DNA of 64,000 nucleotides from a virus (Duplodnaviria; Heunggongvirae; Uroviricota; Caudoviricetes): IMG/VR virus record IMGVR_UViG_2778261087_000003, one strand, 5' to 3'. A model generated the notes under the pieces. That model searched no databases. It had not been told where the DNA came from and was given only the letters and a program-made list of their open reading frames with translations. The position numbers were made by a program, and so were the translations under genes. How positions within the stretch are numbered: the first letter of the stretch is position 1; each line of letters begins with the position of its first letter. Positions 32,701 through 39,792 of the stretch are shown here, one piece after another.

Positions 32701-33485
32701 TCAAGCAGGCAATGGACGCAGCAAGTGCGCGCATTGCAGCAGAACGGAAAGCCAATCTGAATCATGCAGTCGCCGCGCTGACTCAATCGTGGGTAACAGC
32801 AATCAGGGAGGCCGCCACCACAGGGAAAATCACACCTGCAATAGCGGATGTCGTAAACGACGGCTCTAAATTTATGGATGCCTATCAAATGGATGCGGTG
32901 AAGTTGCCATCAGCCTATGGTCAACTCAGCTATCGCATGACCTACAACCTGGTATCAATGTTTTCCGACCTTGCCATCCTTGGGCTGGTGGATCTTAACG
33001 AGGTTACGCCGGAATTGCTCAGCATGCGCAAGAATCATGTGGAGATATTGCAGAGAATTAACACGGTTCTTGCCGGGCGCACCGATGAAGAGAAACAGGC
33101 CGACGCTGATCGGATAAACCTGGCCCTTGGCAACATCACAGAGGAAGAGATTGCCGCCAGAAACGAGAAACAAGAAGAGTTATCATCAATACAGGGTGAT
33201 GCCACCAGCATAGCTCAGTCTCTTGGTCTGAATTATCGCGTATCCACCGCCGACCTGAAGATGATGTACGCACCAAAATTCGCCGCTGGCGAGGTATTTG
33301 GGCTTCAGGAAGCCTCAGGCATGAAAGGCGTTCTTTTCCGTGCGAAAGACGCAATCAAGGCGAAATTCGGCGCTCGCTGGCTGCCAGCGAAGGCGAAGAA
33401 CAGCGATTTCCCGGGTAACTGGTGGATTATCGAGACAAAACACAACGTGGCGGACGTTCTGGCCGTCATCCAACAATACGCATAA
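26718..33485 (+). CDS. darB: DarB antirestriction protein (methyltransferase plus SF2 helicase domains)
   Basis: 2255-aa ORF; MTase-like N-terminus, helicase Walker A GFGTGLGKT and DEGH box. Confidence 0.9.
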   Translation: MNKLSMGVFRCSSVSEILKYIRAITSHRAPIKYGVEKVEGKSYDRLRREANQKAIDLLNSLVDGATLTDEQRQILAGYTGEGGIGGSVSEYYTPKPIAEGVWEIMKLYGADVGNTLEPSAGTGVFNETKPVGTVMTATEISSVSGRINQLLHPEDSVQISPFEQLAVSTPNDSFDHVVGNVPFGGRDNTRNIDKPYAEETDMGSYFMLRMLDKIKPGGFMCVIVPPSIVSGSNMKRLRLRLSRKAEFLGAHRLPTGTFDANGTSTVVDVVLMRKHPAEMAEKIPLVDEGTLESANVLWPTFISGKWFEKDGRRFVHGTQEKGFQGRIEVRADGQIDNQALKAKLIHRFESRIDWSLLDMAEPSPTADVVDEGEMRLINGVWQKYAGGRWIEADSGKELKIDAASYGADSWEALQRNLTTTEGRLGMTFTQMANVRDKYTTSISDDMVQLVDWINSQPEKYRERLYRGAMIGRMLIEYQDMKAAGHSAEQIEQQRLSLVSRLQAEIDRFGNPGRGPIAKLSGSGARAWFAFRGAIKLDGTISDELTGKLVTHDSSASYDSTSYQDTLRYLYSDLTRDPIQLDDFRLAFTGGLPASDEELLNLLASTPGIAVSPYGGIVPFARATSGDINEIVAPKQEFLSTLPDGPVKNNVLNQLAAIEEKRIKTPAENIRFKLNSRWFDRSVILEFLQENGYPDLRYVQSVQLEGDEMVSDTYHGGDGLFVGHRYGVVQRKDKETGEIRYEWDRKSGENATGFPAQLEKYLNGARIGGKDSATANGYREQMALLEDQFNKWIKTHDRYDELVAKYNDVFNSNIPYEHSGDPLGLKGLSGKRQPFDYQNSEVRRLSEDGRGILGFGTGLGKTTTALALEAFNYENGRSTRTAYVVPKSVLENWYYEAKEFLSEEAFSNYLFVGLDVLMDGDQIRQVPVLDENGKPVLGADGTPVMRDALKLADEATITARMNAIPHSNYRAVVFTKEQYARIPLRDDTVDEHAQDMLYDFVAAGRVASAMDSDSHRKEAARRRVLSEYSDTGTEKAEKYPYFEDMGFDSVIADEGHNYRNSYKNGREASQLAYLPTSAVAQSARDMAIKNAYLMKKNGGRGPVLLTATPVVNTPIDAYNMLSHVLPKEYWQKMGIYGPDDFVKFFGKTRLETVQKISGEVEEKMALVGFENLDALRGIFHRWTTLKTAEDVKDTVEIPELDEHQQDAPLTEEQLAAYEELRQQAEAAAKANNGVTTSVNEDGVIEHEKARPIFSIIRDMDRVCTDMDLYYRRITYRFLPEYADAVQQLADSLPKQATSEDDDSDDSITQQSQYSLIDKGEFIQLQVPEAFEQEVNKRLARFGIDEQTVTHPVTPKYAKLIATLKEFFPEGKQIIFTDEKTQHQKLKRIICNALNLEPSKVGILNAQTVAEAGKTGKKLKAVKPPKELPDEPTDAQIAKYNEQMALYDAYIAQQNEMSLGGLEKIAADFQEGRTPIIICNKKAEVGINLHRGTTDIHHLTLPWTPASIAQRNGRGARVGSNRASVRVHYYCGKGSFDEYRLKTLKRKAGWISDILRSDKSEMENADANDMIEMQMYTAKDDGERLAMMQVQMDKAKAAQRARQKEQATIDLQNYIKAQHAAGEDVEVLTAELERSKAELEKTTAEVAKFKQAVMAKAADNADWKARWGSVHHTDRTLLAQYRASLKSAIQRKANISQAISRYEKLLNRTQKAATDIKRLRPLVEDAINKGILDVDPDLVNHASEFLVIGDRSWRVGQYYDCAGDIVRIKSLDFDSQRADVEIIFTFKGTKSGNWDVKTLDKQVDVTPDEDAVMQKISGGVSIAGINDIISCDDFYRFQQRGMIKITDSYGVQTTESGYSIDFVGTYTDPLKHAVYPDRRDGALKSSIAKWVLGMMSEGNNRQIRSAETFLVELFGSNYGDVIASYGDTLSPEAIQEKIADAIARMPEKTSQGATRNGDSELEVTNAIFGTNEFRASDYEITTAQFGTIGIYSNKDEIKQAMDAASARIAAERKANLNHAVAALTQSWVTAIREAATTGKITPAIADVVNDGSKFMDAYQMDAVKLPSAYGQLSYRMTYNLVSMFSDLAILGLVDLNEVTPELLSMRKNHVEILQRINTVLAGRTDEEKQADADRINLALGNITEEEIAARNEKQEELSSIQGDATSIAQSLGLNYRVSTADLKMMYAPKFAAGEVFGLQEASGMKGVLFRAKDAIKAKFGARWLPAKAKNSDFPGNWWIIETKHNVADVLAVIQQYA

Positions 33486-33491
33486 CAGGAG

Positions 33492-33509
33492 CGCCCGGTT
33501 CGCCGGGCG
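33492..33509 (+). promoter_or_regulatory. stable UUCG-loop hairpin between an SD and the ulx start codon
   Basis: cgcccgg-ttcg-ccgggcg; AGGAG at 33487-33491, ATG at 33519. Confidence 0.35.
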
Positions 33510-33518
33510 TCGCATAAT

Positions 33519-33959
33519 ATGGCCACACTATCTGATACAATAAAACCGAATAAAACATATCTTGAGGCGGTACTCCGTACAGCGTTGTTAGGAAAGACAG
33601 AAGACGAATACGTTGATTTCTTCCTGTCAGGGCTACGCGGGCGATTACTGAAAAATCCCCGCCTGTACCGCAGCTACGGCCCATACTGGCCGGAAATTAA
33701 AAAATTATTACTGGAGCGCGGTTATGGTAATTTCGGTCGTCTCGTTGACCGTGACGTTCGCAAAATTTACCGTTATGACCGCCCGGCGCTGACGCTCATA
33801 GCCGCGACGCTCTACAGCCAGGAGCGTTTTGATAATGGTCAGATATACTCAGCCTGGCATTTACTGCCTGTGCCTGAAGAGGTTGACGACCAGGACTATG
33901 AGTTTGAGTCTTACGATTTGGAAGTTGAAGCCTTAGCACAGGCTGGAGAGAAAACTTGA
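33519..33959 (+). CDS. ulx: Ulx
   Basis: 146-aa ORF between darB and lxc; synteny. Confidence 0.55.
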   Translation: MATLSDTIKPNKTYLEAVLRTALLGKTEDEYVDFFLSGLRGRLLKNPRLYRSYGPYWPEIKKLLLERGYGNFGRLVDRDVRKIYRYDRPALTLIAATLYSQERFDNGQIYSAWHLLPVPEEVDDQDYEFESYDLEVEALAQAGEKT

Positions 33960-34204
33960 AAAAGCGATACTACACAGTAAAGCATGGGACGCTACGAGCA
34001 TTACAAGAGTTTGCTGACAAGCATAACGTTGAGGTGCGCAGGGAAGGGGGAAGTAAAGCTCTGCGCATGTACCGCCCGGACGGGAAATGGCGGACGGTCG
34101 TCGATTTCAAAACTAACAGCGTTCCCCAGGGCGTCCGTGACCGGGCATTCGAGGAATGGGAGCAGATCATCATAGATAACGCATTGCTCCTGAATGCTGA
34201 TTAA
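33956..34204 (+). CDS. lxc: Lxc/Bof, modulator of C1 repression
   Basis: 82 aa, start overlaps ulx stop; sequence and length as I recall for P1 Lxc. Confidence 0.7.
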   Translation: MKKRYYTVKHGTLRALQEFADKHNVEVRREGGSKALRMYRPDGKWRTVVDFKTNSVPQGVRDRAFEEWEQIIIDNALLLNAD

Positions 34205-34208
34205 GAAC

Positions 34209-34237
34209 TCTCCGGCCTAGGGAGATTAGGCCGGAGA
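34209..34237. terminator. 10-bp-stem hairpin between convergent lxc and the SIR2-like gene
   Basis: tctccggcct-agggagatt-aggccggaga; AT-rich flanks. Confidence 0.4.
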
Positions 34238-34245
34238 TAAATATA

Positions 34246-35550
34246 CTATATAAACTTAGATATAATATCGTGAATCTGTTGTAGCGGGATTTCTTCCATC
34301 TTACTCTTAATAAGAGAGCGGTTAGATGCTGTCAGTGAAGGCCATTTTGTTTTCCAGGCTAGATATGCTCGCCATGAGTAGCCTGTTTCGTAAGGTTTAT
34401 TCATATAAGTCATTGAGTGTTCAACCGCATGTATGTATTTTTTCTCAAAGTTGGTTCCTTTTACTTCAAATAAACTACCGAAATAAATAAGCCATTTTGC
34501 CAGGTGTTCATACTGCTCCCATGCGCCAGACTCTTTAGTAAGATCTATTTTTTTATCTATTATATCACAAAAAACATTTAATACCTTTTCATCATTCCAG
34601 CTATATCCAGATGATGAAATGGAGGAAATGATATGATAAAAAGAATCCTCTAACTTCAAGAACTCTATTTTATACTCTCTTCCGTTTTTTATTACCGATT
34701 TGATTGAGTGCCTCAATTTGTCTTTTATTTTTTTTGCTTCTGGAATTTTCTTGTTAAGTTTTCTAAAGAAATCAGACACCTCTGTTTTATCTATAACCCT
34801 AATCCCAAAGCAGGAAAAATAGTAATCTTTAATAGGTTGCAATAGTTTCCCTCGGGAAATAAGGAAAATATTGGAGGACATTACGTTGTCCCGTGAAAAT
34901 ACCTTATATTCATTTATAATCGCCTTGAGGTTCGCGTCACTTAGAGAATAGCCAAGAATAACAATAGTGTTTTCATGTAGAACTGTGCTTAGTTTATTTG
35001 AAAAGTAAGAATTACCATTTATAAATCTGAAATAATCCTCGCTAGTAACAACCATATCTGATGGGGAGTCTATAGAGCCGTGAACATGGTAGACTTTAAC
35101 CTCACAATTATATTTTGGAATTGGCAGGCCGGGGGTGATTGTACACGTTCGATTCTCTCCAGCCAGTTTTTCTGCTAACTTGTCATAATTTGTCGTAATT
35201 ACTTTAAATGTGTTTTCTTTGAAAAAGTCTTGAATATATTCAATTGATGGATCAAGTTCGATTGAGGCTATGATTTTCTCAATCTCCTGGTAAATATTTT
35301 TCCCCGAAAGTATAAATTTTAGTGCAATAACCTGAGCTGCCTCTTCAAGGCTAAGGTCTTTTGCTTTTCCATCAGGAAATAATTCCTCTTTGAGTGAGTC
35401 ACCATCCTTCAATAAACCGCACAGTTGCTCCAATAAAGATTGCCAACTTGGGGCTTTATCATCAGAAACAGCCTTTGAAAATCCAGTGCCTGTAAGAAAG
35501 CACAGCCTATGTGTAGCTGCTGCATAGGCAATTTCTATATACTCGCTCAT
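34246..35550 (-). CDS. SIR2-like protein (SIR2_2 family), candidate NAD-dependent anti-phage defence protein
   Basis: 434 aa; N-terminal CFLTGTGFSKAV, TTNYD (N121/D123) and VHGS (H157) motifs typical of defence-type SIR2 domains; markedly AT-rich gene; GGAG SD 7 nt upstream of ATG. Confidence 0.75.
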   Translation of the reverse strand: MSEYIEIAYAAATHRLCFLTGTGFSKAVSDDKAPSWQSLLEQLCGLLKDGDSLKEELFPDGKAKDLSLEEAAQVIALKFILSGKNIYQEIEKIIASIELDPSIEYIQDFFKENTFKVITTNYDKLAEKLAGENRTCTITPGLPIPKYNCEVKVYHVHGSIDSPSDMVVTSEDYFRFINGNSYFSNKLSTVLHENTIVILGYSLSDANLKAIINEYKVFSRDNVMSSNIFLISRGKLLQPIKDYYFSCFGIRVIDKTEVSDFFRKLNKKIPEAKKIKDKLRHSIKSVIKNGREYKIEFLKLEDSFYHIISSISSSGYSWNDEKVLNVFCDIIDKKIDLTKESGAWEQYEHLAKWLIYFGSLFEVKGTNFEKKYIHAVEHSMTYMNKPYETGYSWRAYLAWKTKWPSLTASNRSLIKSKMEEIPLQQIHDIISKFI

Positions 35551-35606
35551 TACTTACTCCATTTACTTATAGTTCTACGGAGAAGTATACCCTAATGCAT
35601 TGACGT

Positions 35607-36248
35607 TTATAGATAATTTCCTTTTCCTGTTAATACTCCCTTAGGCACCTGTTTTTGTGCCAGCGTTTGGGTTCCGCGAATTATGTTAATCAGAGGGCTT
35701 AGTAACGATGGTTCCTGGCGTGCCTCAACTTCTCCAGCCATTGCCCTGATGTAGTCTGCGCTGGCAACGTTGTTGTATTCCGTCGCAAAGCAACATAGTA
35801 ACGTCAGAACATGCTCTGTCGTTATTTCGCTCCAGTTGATGTTGAAAAATTCATCGCCTTTTTTGTCGTGTTCGGAATCGAAGATGCTTTGGTGGAGGAT
35901 GTATTTGCCGGATTCTTTGCGCGGTAACTTGATCGCTTTCTGGCGTTCCAGCTCCTTGTAAATCTGCATTGCCTCAATTAGTACCGGCCTGCCGTTCATG
36001 AAGGGATCGCGCAACCTTACACGCTGGCCAACTCGTCCAGTAATAAAGCTGTTTTCCTCTTCCACCAGCACGATAAAACCCTTTTCCTCTTTTTCTCGCA
36101 ATTCGCGCAGCAGCTGGAGTTCCATATCGCGGCGGCGTTCAGGGTAGCTGGTCCGCTCAGCCATTATCAGCTCGTTATTGATCCATGCAGCAGTCATTGA
36201 CGCCGGTTTGCCGACGCTCATCGAAACAACGCATATTTTCTTATCCAT
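35607..36248 (-). CDS. mat: Mat-like protein (particle maturation)
   Basis: Start taken at internal ATG (MDKKICVV...) with G-rich SD; the longer ORF reaches 36359; synteny next to ref. Confidence 0.5.
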   Translation of the reverse strand: MDKKICVVSMSVGKPASMTAAWINNELIMAERTSYPERRRDMELQLLRELREKEEKGFIVLVEEENSFITGRVGQRVRLRDPFMNGRPVLIEAMQIYKELERQKAIKLPRKESGKYILHQSIFDSEHDKKGDEFFNINWSEITTEHVLTLLCCFATEYNNVASADYIRAMAGEVEARQEPSLLSPLINIIRGTQTLAQKQVPKGVLTGKGNYL

Positions 36249-36437
36249 AGCGCCCCCTACAAAAAAGAAAAGCCACCAGCGGCGGCTTAGCAATACAACT
36301 GAAGGTAGCGCCCGGTACTCAGACTGTGCCGTCCATGGAATATTTGAAAAGGGATCCATCCGTACCGGGCGTGTGATGATTCTGACTGAAGTAACTTGTC
36401 AGTTGTCAATCATTTATCATTAAAAATAATATATTTA

Positions 36438-36998
36438 TTAGTGCATGATGTTTGCCATCTCATAGGCGTCAGCCAGCAACTCCATCTCTGACTTGTTCAG
36501 CAAGGTGAATTCTTTCTTGCCTCCAACCACACCATCGGCATGGACAGGGACCAGCCAGGGGTATTTTTCTCTTACTTCAGCCGGTGCTGCATGCTGGTGG
36601 TGCCATCTACAAAGGGGCAATTGCTTTTTGTGACAACCCGGCGCGGTACGACCGGAGATATGGTGCAGAGATACCTCTTCAGATATTACTCCATGCATAT
36701 AGCAGGCAATGCAGGGGAGAGCGCCAAGAGCATTGGCGATGCTCCGTTCCTCCGCTGTCGGTGTTCGCCCCTTCAAGCCACGAGATTTTATCTTTACCGC
36801 ACTTTTCCGCGTTTTGCTGGCTGGTGGGCGCTCTTTCTGTTTAGCGATACGGCGGTCGATAGAATCCCGCATTTTCTGATATTGCGATTCTCGCCAGGCG
36901 GGGTCAGCCAACTTTTCCCGTTGCCGAGCGATAGCTCGTTCTCTGGCTGCCTTCTGCCACTTGCGGCACTGTTCAATTTTTTGTTCGTTTGTTTTCAT
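36438..36998 (-). CDS. ref: Ref, recombination enhancement function (HNH nuclease)
   Basis: 186 aa, MKTNEQKIEQCRKWQKAARERA...; HNH-type Cys/His motifs. Confidence 0.9.
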   Translation of the reverse strand: MKTNEQKIEQCRKWQKAARERAIARQREKLADPAWRESQYQKMRDSIDRRIAKQKERPPASKTRKSAVKIKSRGLKGRTPTAEERSIANALGALPCIACYMHGVISEEVSLHHISGRTAPGCHKKQLPLCRWHHQHAAPAEVREKYPWLVPVHADGVVGGKKEFTLLNKSEMELLADAYEMANIMH

Positions 36999-37003
36999 AT
37001 GGC

Positions 37004-37030
37004 AAAAAAAAAGGCGGCCTAATGGCCGCC
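37004..37030 (-). terminator. rho-independent terminator directly upstream of the ref start codon
   Basis: Minus strand ggcggcc-atta-ggccgcc followed by T9; ends 5 nt before the ref ATG. Confidence 0.55.
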
Positions 37031-37090
37031 AATGATGTCAAGGAGTGAAGTAATGGCAACGTCTTCGTAGTTGACAAAAACTGCGGCTCA

Positions 37091-37114
37091 ATTATAGCAA
37101 TCAATTAGAGCAAT
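37091..37114 (-). promoter_or_regulatory. bipartite C1 operator (atagcaat-N3-attagagcaat)
   Basis: Operator consensus core read on the minus strand; same bipartite layout as the site upstream of lpa. Confidence 0.5.
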
Positions 37115-37245
37115 GATAGATGTTTTGTTAATCGCGAATCACATTTTTTCACTTCAGTACCTGTGTGCTATACTCCTTCTTGATTGATTGGATGCGGAAT
37201 ACAAACCCGCTCTTTTGTGCAGCCTGGCTCCTTGCCAGGCTTTTT

Positions 37246-37557
37246 TTATTTCATCATGGACGCTGTTAACGCTTTGGATCTTGCTGAACTGATTGAAAGG
37301 GCATTGTTTACCTTACCCAGGAGTTCGCCAAATTCCGCCATCACTCTATTAAGCCCGCGCCGCGCTTCCTCCTCCGTTGCATTCATCACAAAATGTTCAG
37401 CACTCCGCATGCTTTTAACGGGGAACGCAACAGATATCGAGTCGATATCTGGCATCCTATCGCTCAATTTTACGGTGACAATGACAGATGGTGACTGAAT
37501 TTGAGAGCTTACAGACAGCACCACATATTTTCCGTCTATTTTGAAATCCTTCCGCAT
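37246..37557 (-). CDS. cra: Cra-like protein (cre-associated)
   Basis: 103-aa ORF between cre and ref; synteny. Confidence 0.45.
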   Translation of the reverse strand: MRKDFKIDGKYVVLSVSSQIQSPSVIVTVKLSDRMPDIDSISVAFPVKSMRSAEHFVMNATEEEARRGLNRVMAEFGELLGKVNNALSISSARSKALTASMMK

Positions 37558-37563
37558 GTGTCA

Positions 37564-37580
37564 CCATAAACATCAAATAA
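37564..37580 (-). promoter_or_regulatory. C1 operator-like site (ATTGCTCTAATTATTTG)
   Basis: Read on the minus strand between cre and cra. Confidence 0.5.
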
Positions 37581-37607
37581 TTAGAGCAATCAAGCGCAAA
37601 TTGACGG

Positions 37608-38639
37608 CTAATCGCCATCTTCCAGCAGGCGCACCATTGCCCCCGTTTCACTATCCAGGTTACGAATGTAGTTCATGACAATATTTACGTTGGTCCAGCC
37701 ACCAGCTTGCATGATCTCCGGTATTGAAACTCCGGCGCGGGCCATATCTCGCGCGGCACCGACACGGGCACTATGTCCAGACCAGGCCAGGTATCGCTGA
37801 CCAGAGTCATCTTTTGCCCCGTAAATCAATCGGTGAGTTGCTTCAAAAATCCCTTCCAGGGCGCGAGTTGATAGCTGGCTGGTGGATGATGGCGCGGCAA
37901 CACCATTTTTTCTGACGCGGCAAAACAGGTAGTTATTCGGATCATCAGCTACACCAGAGACAGAAATCCATCGCTCAACCAGTTTAGTTACCCCCAGGCT
38001 AAGTGCCTTCTCTACACCAGCGGTGCTAACCAGCGTTTTCGTTCTGCCAATATGGATTAACATCCTCCCACCGTCAGTACGTGAGATATCTTTAACCCTG
38101 ATCCTGGAAATTTCGGCTATACGTAACAGGGTGTTATAAGCAATCCCCAGAAATGCCAGATTACGTATATCCTGGCAGCGATCGCTATTTTCCATGAGTG
38201 AACGAACCTGGTCGAAATCAGTGCGTTCGAACGCCAGCGCCTGTTTTGCACGCTCACCGGCATCAACGTTTTCTTTTCGGATCCGTCGCATGACCAGTGA
38301 AACAGCATTGCTGTCACTTGGTCGTGGCAGACCGGACCGACGATGAAGCATATTTAGCTGGCCCAAATGTTGCTGGATAGTTTTTACTGCCAGACCGCGC
38401 GCCTGAAGATATAGAAGATAATCGCGAACATCTTCAGGTTCTGCGGGAAACCATTTCCGGTTATTCAACTTGCACCATGCCGCCCACGACCGGCAAACGG
38501 ACAGAAGCATTTTCCAGGTATGCTCAGAAAACGCCTGGCGATCCCTGAACATGTCCATCAGGTTCTTGCGAACCTCATCACTCGTTGCATCGACCGGTAA
38601 TGCAGGCAAATTTTGGTGTACGGTCAGTAAATTGGACAT
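37608..38639 (-). CDS. cre: Cre tyrosine recombinase
   Basis: 343 aa, MSNLLTVHQNLPALPVDATSDEVRKNLMDMF...; essentially the P1 Cre sequence with a few substitutions. Confidence 0.98.
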   Translation of the reverse strand: MSNLLTVHQNLPALPVDATSDEVRKNLMDMFRDRQAFSEHTWKMLLSVCRSWAAWCKLNNRKWFPAEPEDVRDYLLYLQARGLAVKTIQQHLGQLNMLHRRSGLPRPSDSNAVSLVMRRIRKENVDAGERAKQALAFERTDFDQVRSLMENSDRCQDIRNLAFLGIAYNTLLRIAEISRIRVKDISRTDGGRMLIHIGRTKTLVSTAGVEKALSLGVTKLVERWISVSGVADDPNNYLFCRVRKNGVAAPSSTSQLSTRALEGIFEATHRLIYGAKDDSGQRYLAWSGHSARVGAARDMARAGVSIPEIMQAGGWTNVNIVMNYIRNLDSETGAMVRLLEDGD

Positions 38640-38646
38640 TTAACAC

Positions 38647-38868
38647 TCAGATAATGGTTTTAAGTAAAGTGTACAGGATCGGCTCTGCCTTTACCTGTTT
38701 ATGGTTCTCGTCATAGAAACGCCAGCGACCGCGCGTGCGTTCTATTTTCTCTTCACCGCGAGATAATGACAGTTGGTAACTATCACGCTCAAACCCTTTT
38801 GCCCGCCAGTAACCACGGTTTTTCTCAAGCTCAAGATGAGTGGACACTTTAGCAGCTGAATATCCCAT
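38647..38868 (-). CDS. hypothetical 73-aa protein immediately upstream of cre
   Basis: GAGGTGA SD 5 nt before ATG; stop 8 nt before the cre start. Confidence 0.4.
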   Translation of the reverse strand: MGYSAAKVSTHLELEKNRGYWRAKGFERDSYQLSLSRGEEKIERTRGRWRFYDENHKQVKAEPILYTLLKTII

Positions 38869-39009
38869 TTTTCACCTCTGATTGATTGGTGGTGCTAAGT
38901 GCGCTACGCGAAATCTGGAGCACTAACACTGCCAACATTTCGCAGATTTTACGTAGCGCAACCTTGATCAAATGATCAAGTGATCACTATTTGACCTGAT
39001 AAGGTATTG

Positions 39010-39029
39010 AACTGTATGGATTTACAGGT
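39010..39029. promoter_or_regulatory. LexA box-like palindrome (aaCTGTatggatttACAGgt)
   Basis: CTGT-N8-ACAG; lies between loxP and cre. Confidence 0.35.
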
Positions 39030-39057
39030 AAATTGATCATGTTCAATAACCCTTAAG

Positions 39058-39091
39058 ATAACTTCGTATAATGTATGCTATACGAAGTTAT
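39058..39091 (+). other. loxP: loxP recombination site
   Basis: Exact ATAACTTCGTATA-ATGTATGC-TATACGAAGTTAT. Confidence 0.97.
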
Positions 39092-39134
39092 TAGGTCTGA
39101 AGAGGAGTTTACGTCCAGCTGCGCATAAAAATCA

Positions 39135-39151
39135 AGAATTATTAGAGCAAT
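39135..39151 (-). promoter_or_regulatory. C1 operator (ATTGCTCTAATAATTCT)
   Basis: Inverted relative to the operator at 39218. Confidence 0.6.
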
Positions 39152-39217
39152 AAATTTTGAGAGAAAAATCCCACTCCACCAGCCAAAAACTGGATTGTTT
39201 TTCATAGTTGTTTGACA

Positions 39218-39234
39218 ATTGCTCTAATAAATTA
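39218..39234 (+). promoter_or_regulatory. C1 operator (ATTGCTCTAATAAATTA) overlapping a TTGACA -35 of the coi/c1 promoter
   Basis: TTGACA at 39212-39217 directly abuts the operator; tatagt -10-like element follows. Confidence 0.7.
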
Positions 39235-39472
39235 TAGTTTTGCCGCCGTTTCGTAATACGACTTTGGATTCACTATTTAATGTGTCTTCAGCGTTGTAGA
39301 GCGGCTCAGAAGGAAATGAGCAAACAGGGAAACCTTATACAACGGCATTACAGCTATGCATTGCTCATCTTACACACAGCGCAATGTTGTTAGATTACCC
39401 CAGCATGGATCATGGGTGAAACAGTAGGTCAGAGCTTCAGGCTCTGTGTTGTCAATACAGTGAGGCATAATT

Positions 39473-39682
39473 ATGGCTTTCATTCCACCAACCATCGACG
39501 ACGTTAGACATTGCTCTAACGCTTTATCTGTAGACCCCGCCGAAACCGACGCTGCCCGCGCCATTGCTGAACACTACTCAAAGATATCCAATCAGGAGTA
39601 CCGCATCACCCAAGACGACCTGGATGATCTCACTGACACAATCGAATATCTCATGGCCACTAACCAGCCAGACTCACAATAA
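39473..39682 (+). CDS. coi: Coi, C1 inactivator
   Basis: 69 aa, MAFIPPTIDDVRHCSNALSVDPAETDAARAI...; directly upstream of c1. Confidence 0.9.
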   Translation: MAFIPPTIDDVRHCSNALSVDPAETDAARAIAEHYSKISNQEYRITQDDLDDLTDTIEYLMATNQPDSQ

Positions 39683-39792
39683 ATGCACTAATAAATCTAT
39701 TATTTTCGTTGGATCCTTCTATAATGGTGGCCAACAACTCCCAGTGTAATCCGCTGTGAGTTGTTGGCCATGTCAATTCTGGAGGAGGATCA

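Noticed and set aside
34246-35550. Expected type III restriction-modification genes (res, mod) and an IS element at this locus, as in P1
   Set aside because: No ORF here has methyltransferase or helicase/endonuclease motifs and no transposase-like ORF or terminal inverted repeats were seen; the locus holds only the SIR2-like gene.
37031-37075. Plus-strand AAGGAG followed by ATG next to the ref terminator
   Set aside because: The ORF is only 5 codons (MATSS) and the hairpin is oriented as a minus-strand terminator; judged coincidental.
37184-37498. 104-aa plus-strand ORF overlapping cra
   Set aside because: Antisense to a gene in a conserved position, no SD, and no plus-strand promoter or partner gene; not called.
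37608-39091. cre/loxP considered as an integrase/attachment site of an integrated prophage
   Set aside because: In P1-type phages Cre-loxP resolves plasmid dimers and cyclises the genome; no flanking host genes or attL/attR-like duplications are present in 64 kb, which fits an extrachromosomal phage-plasmid.
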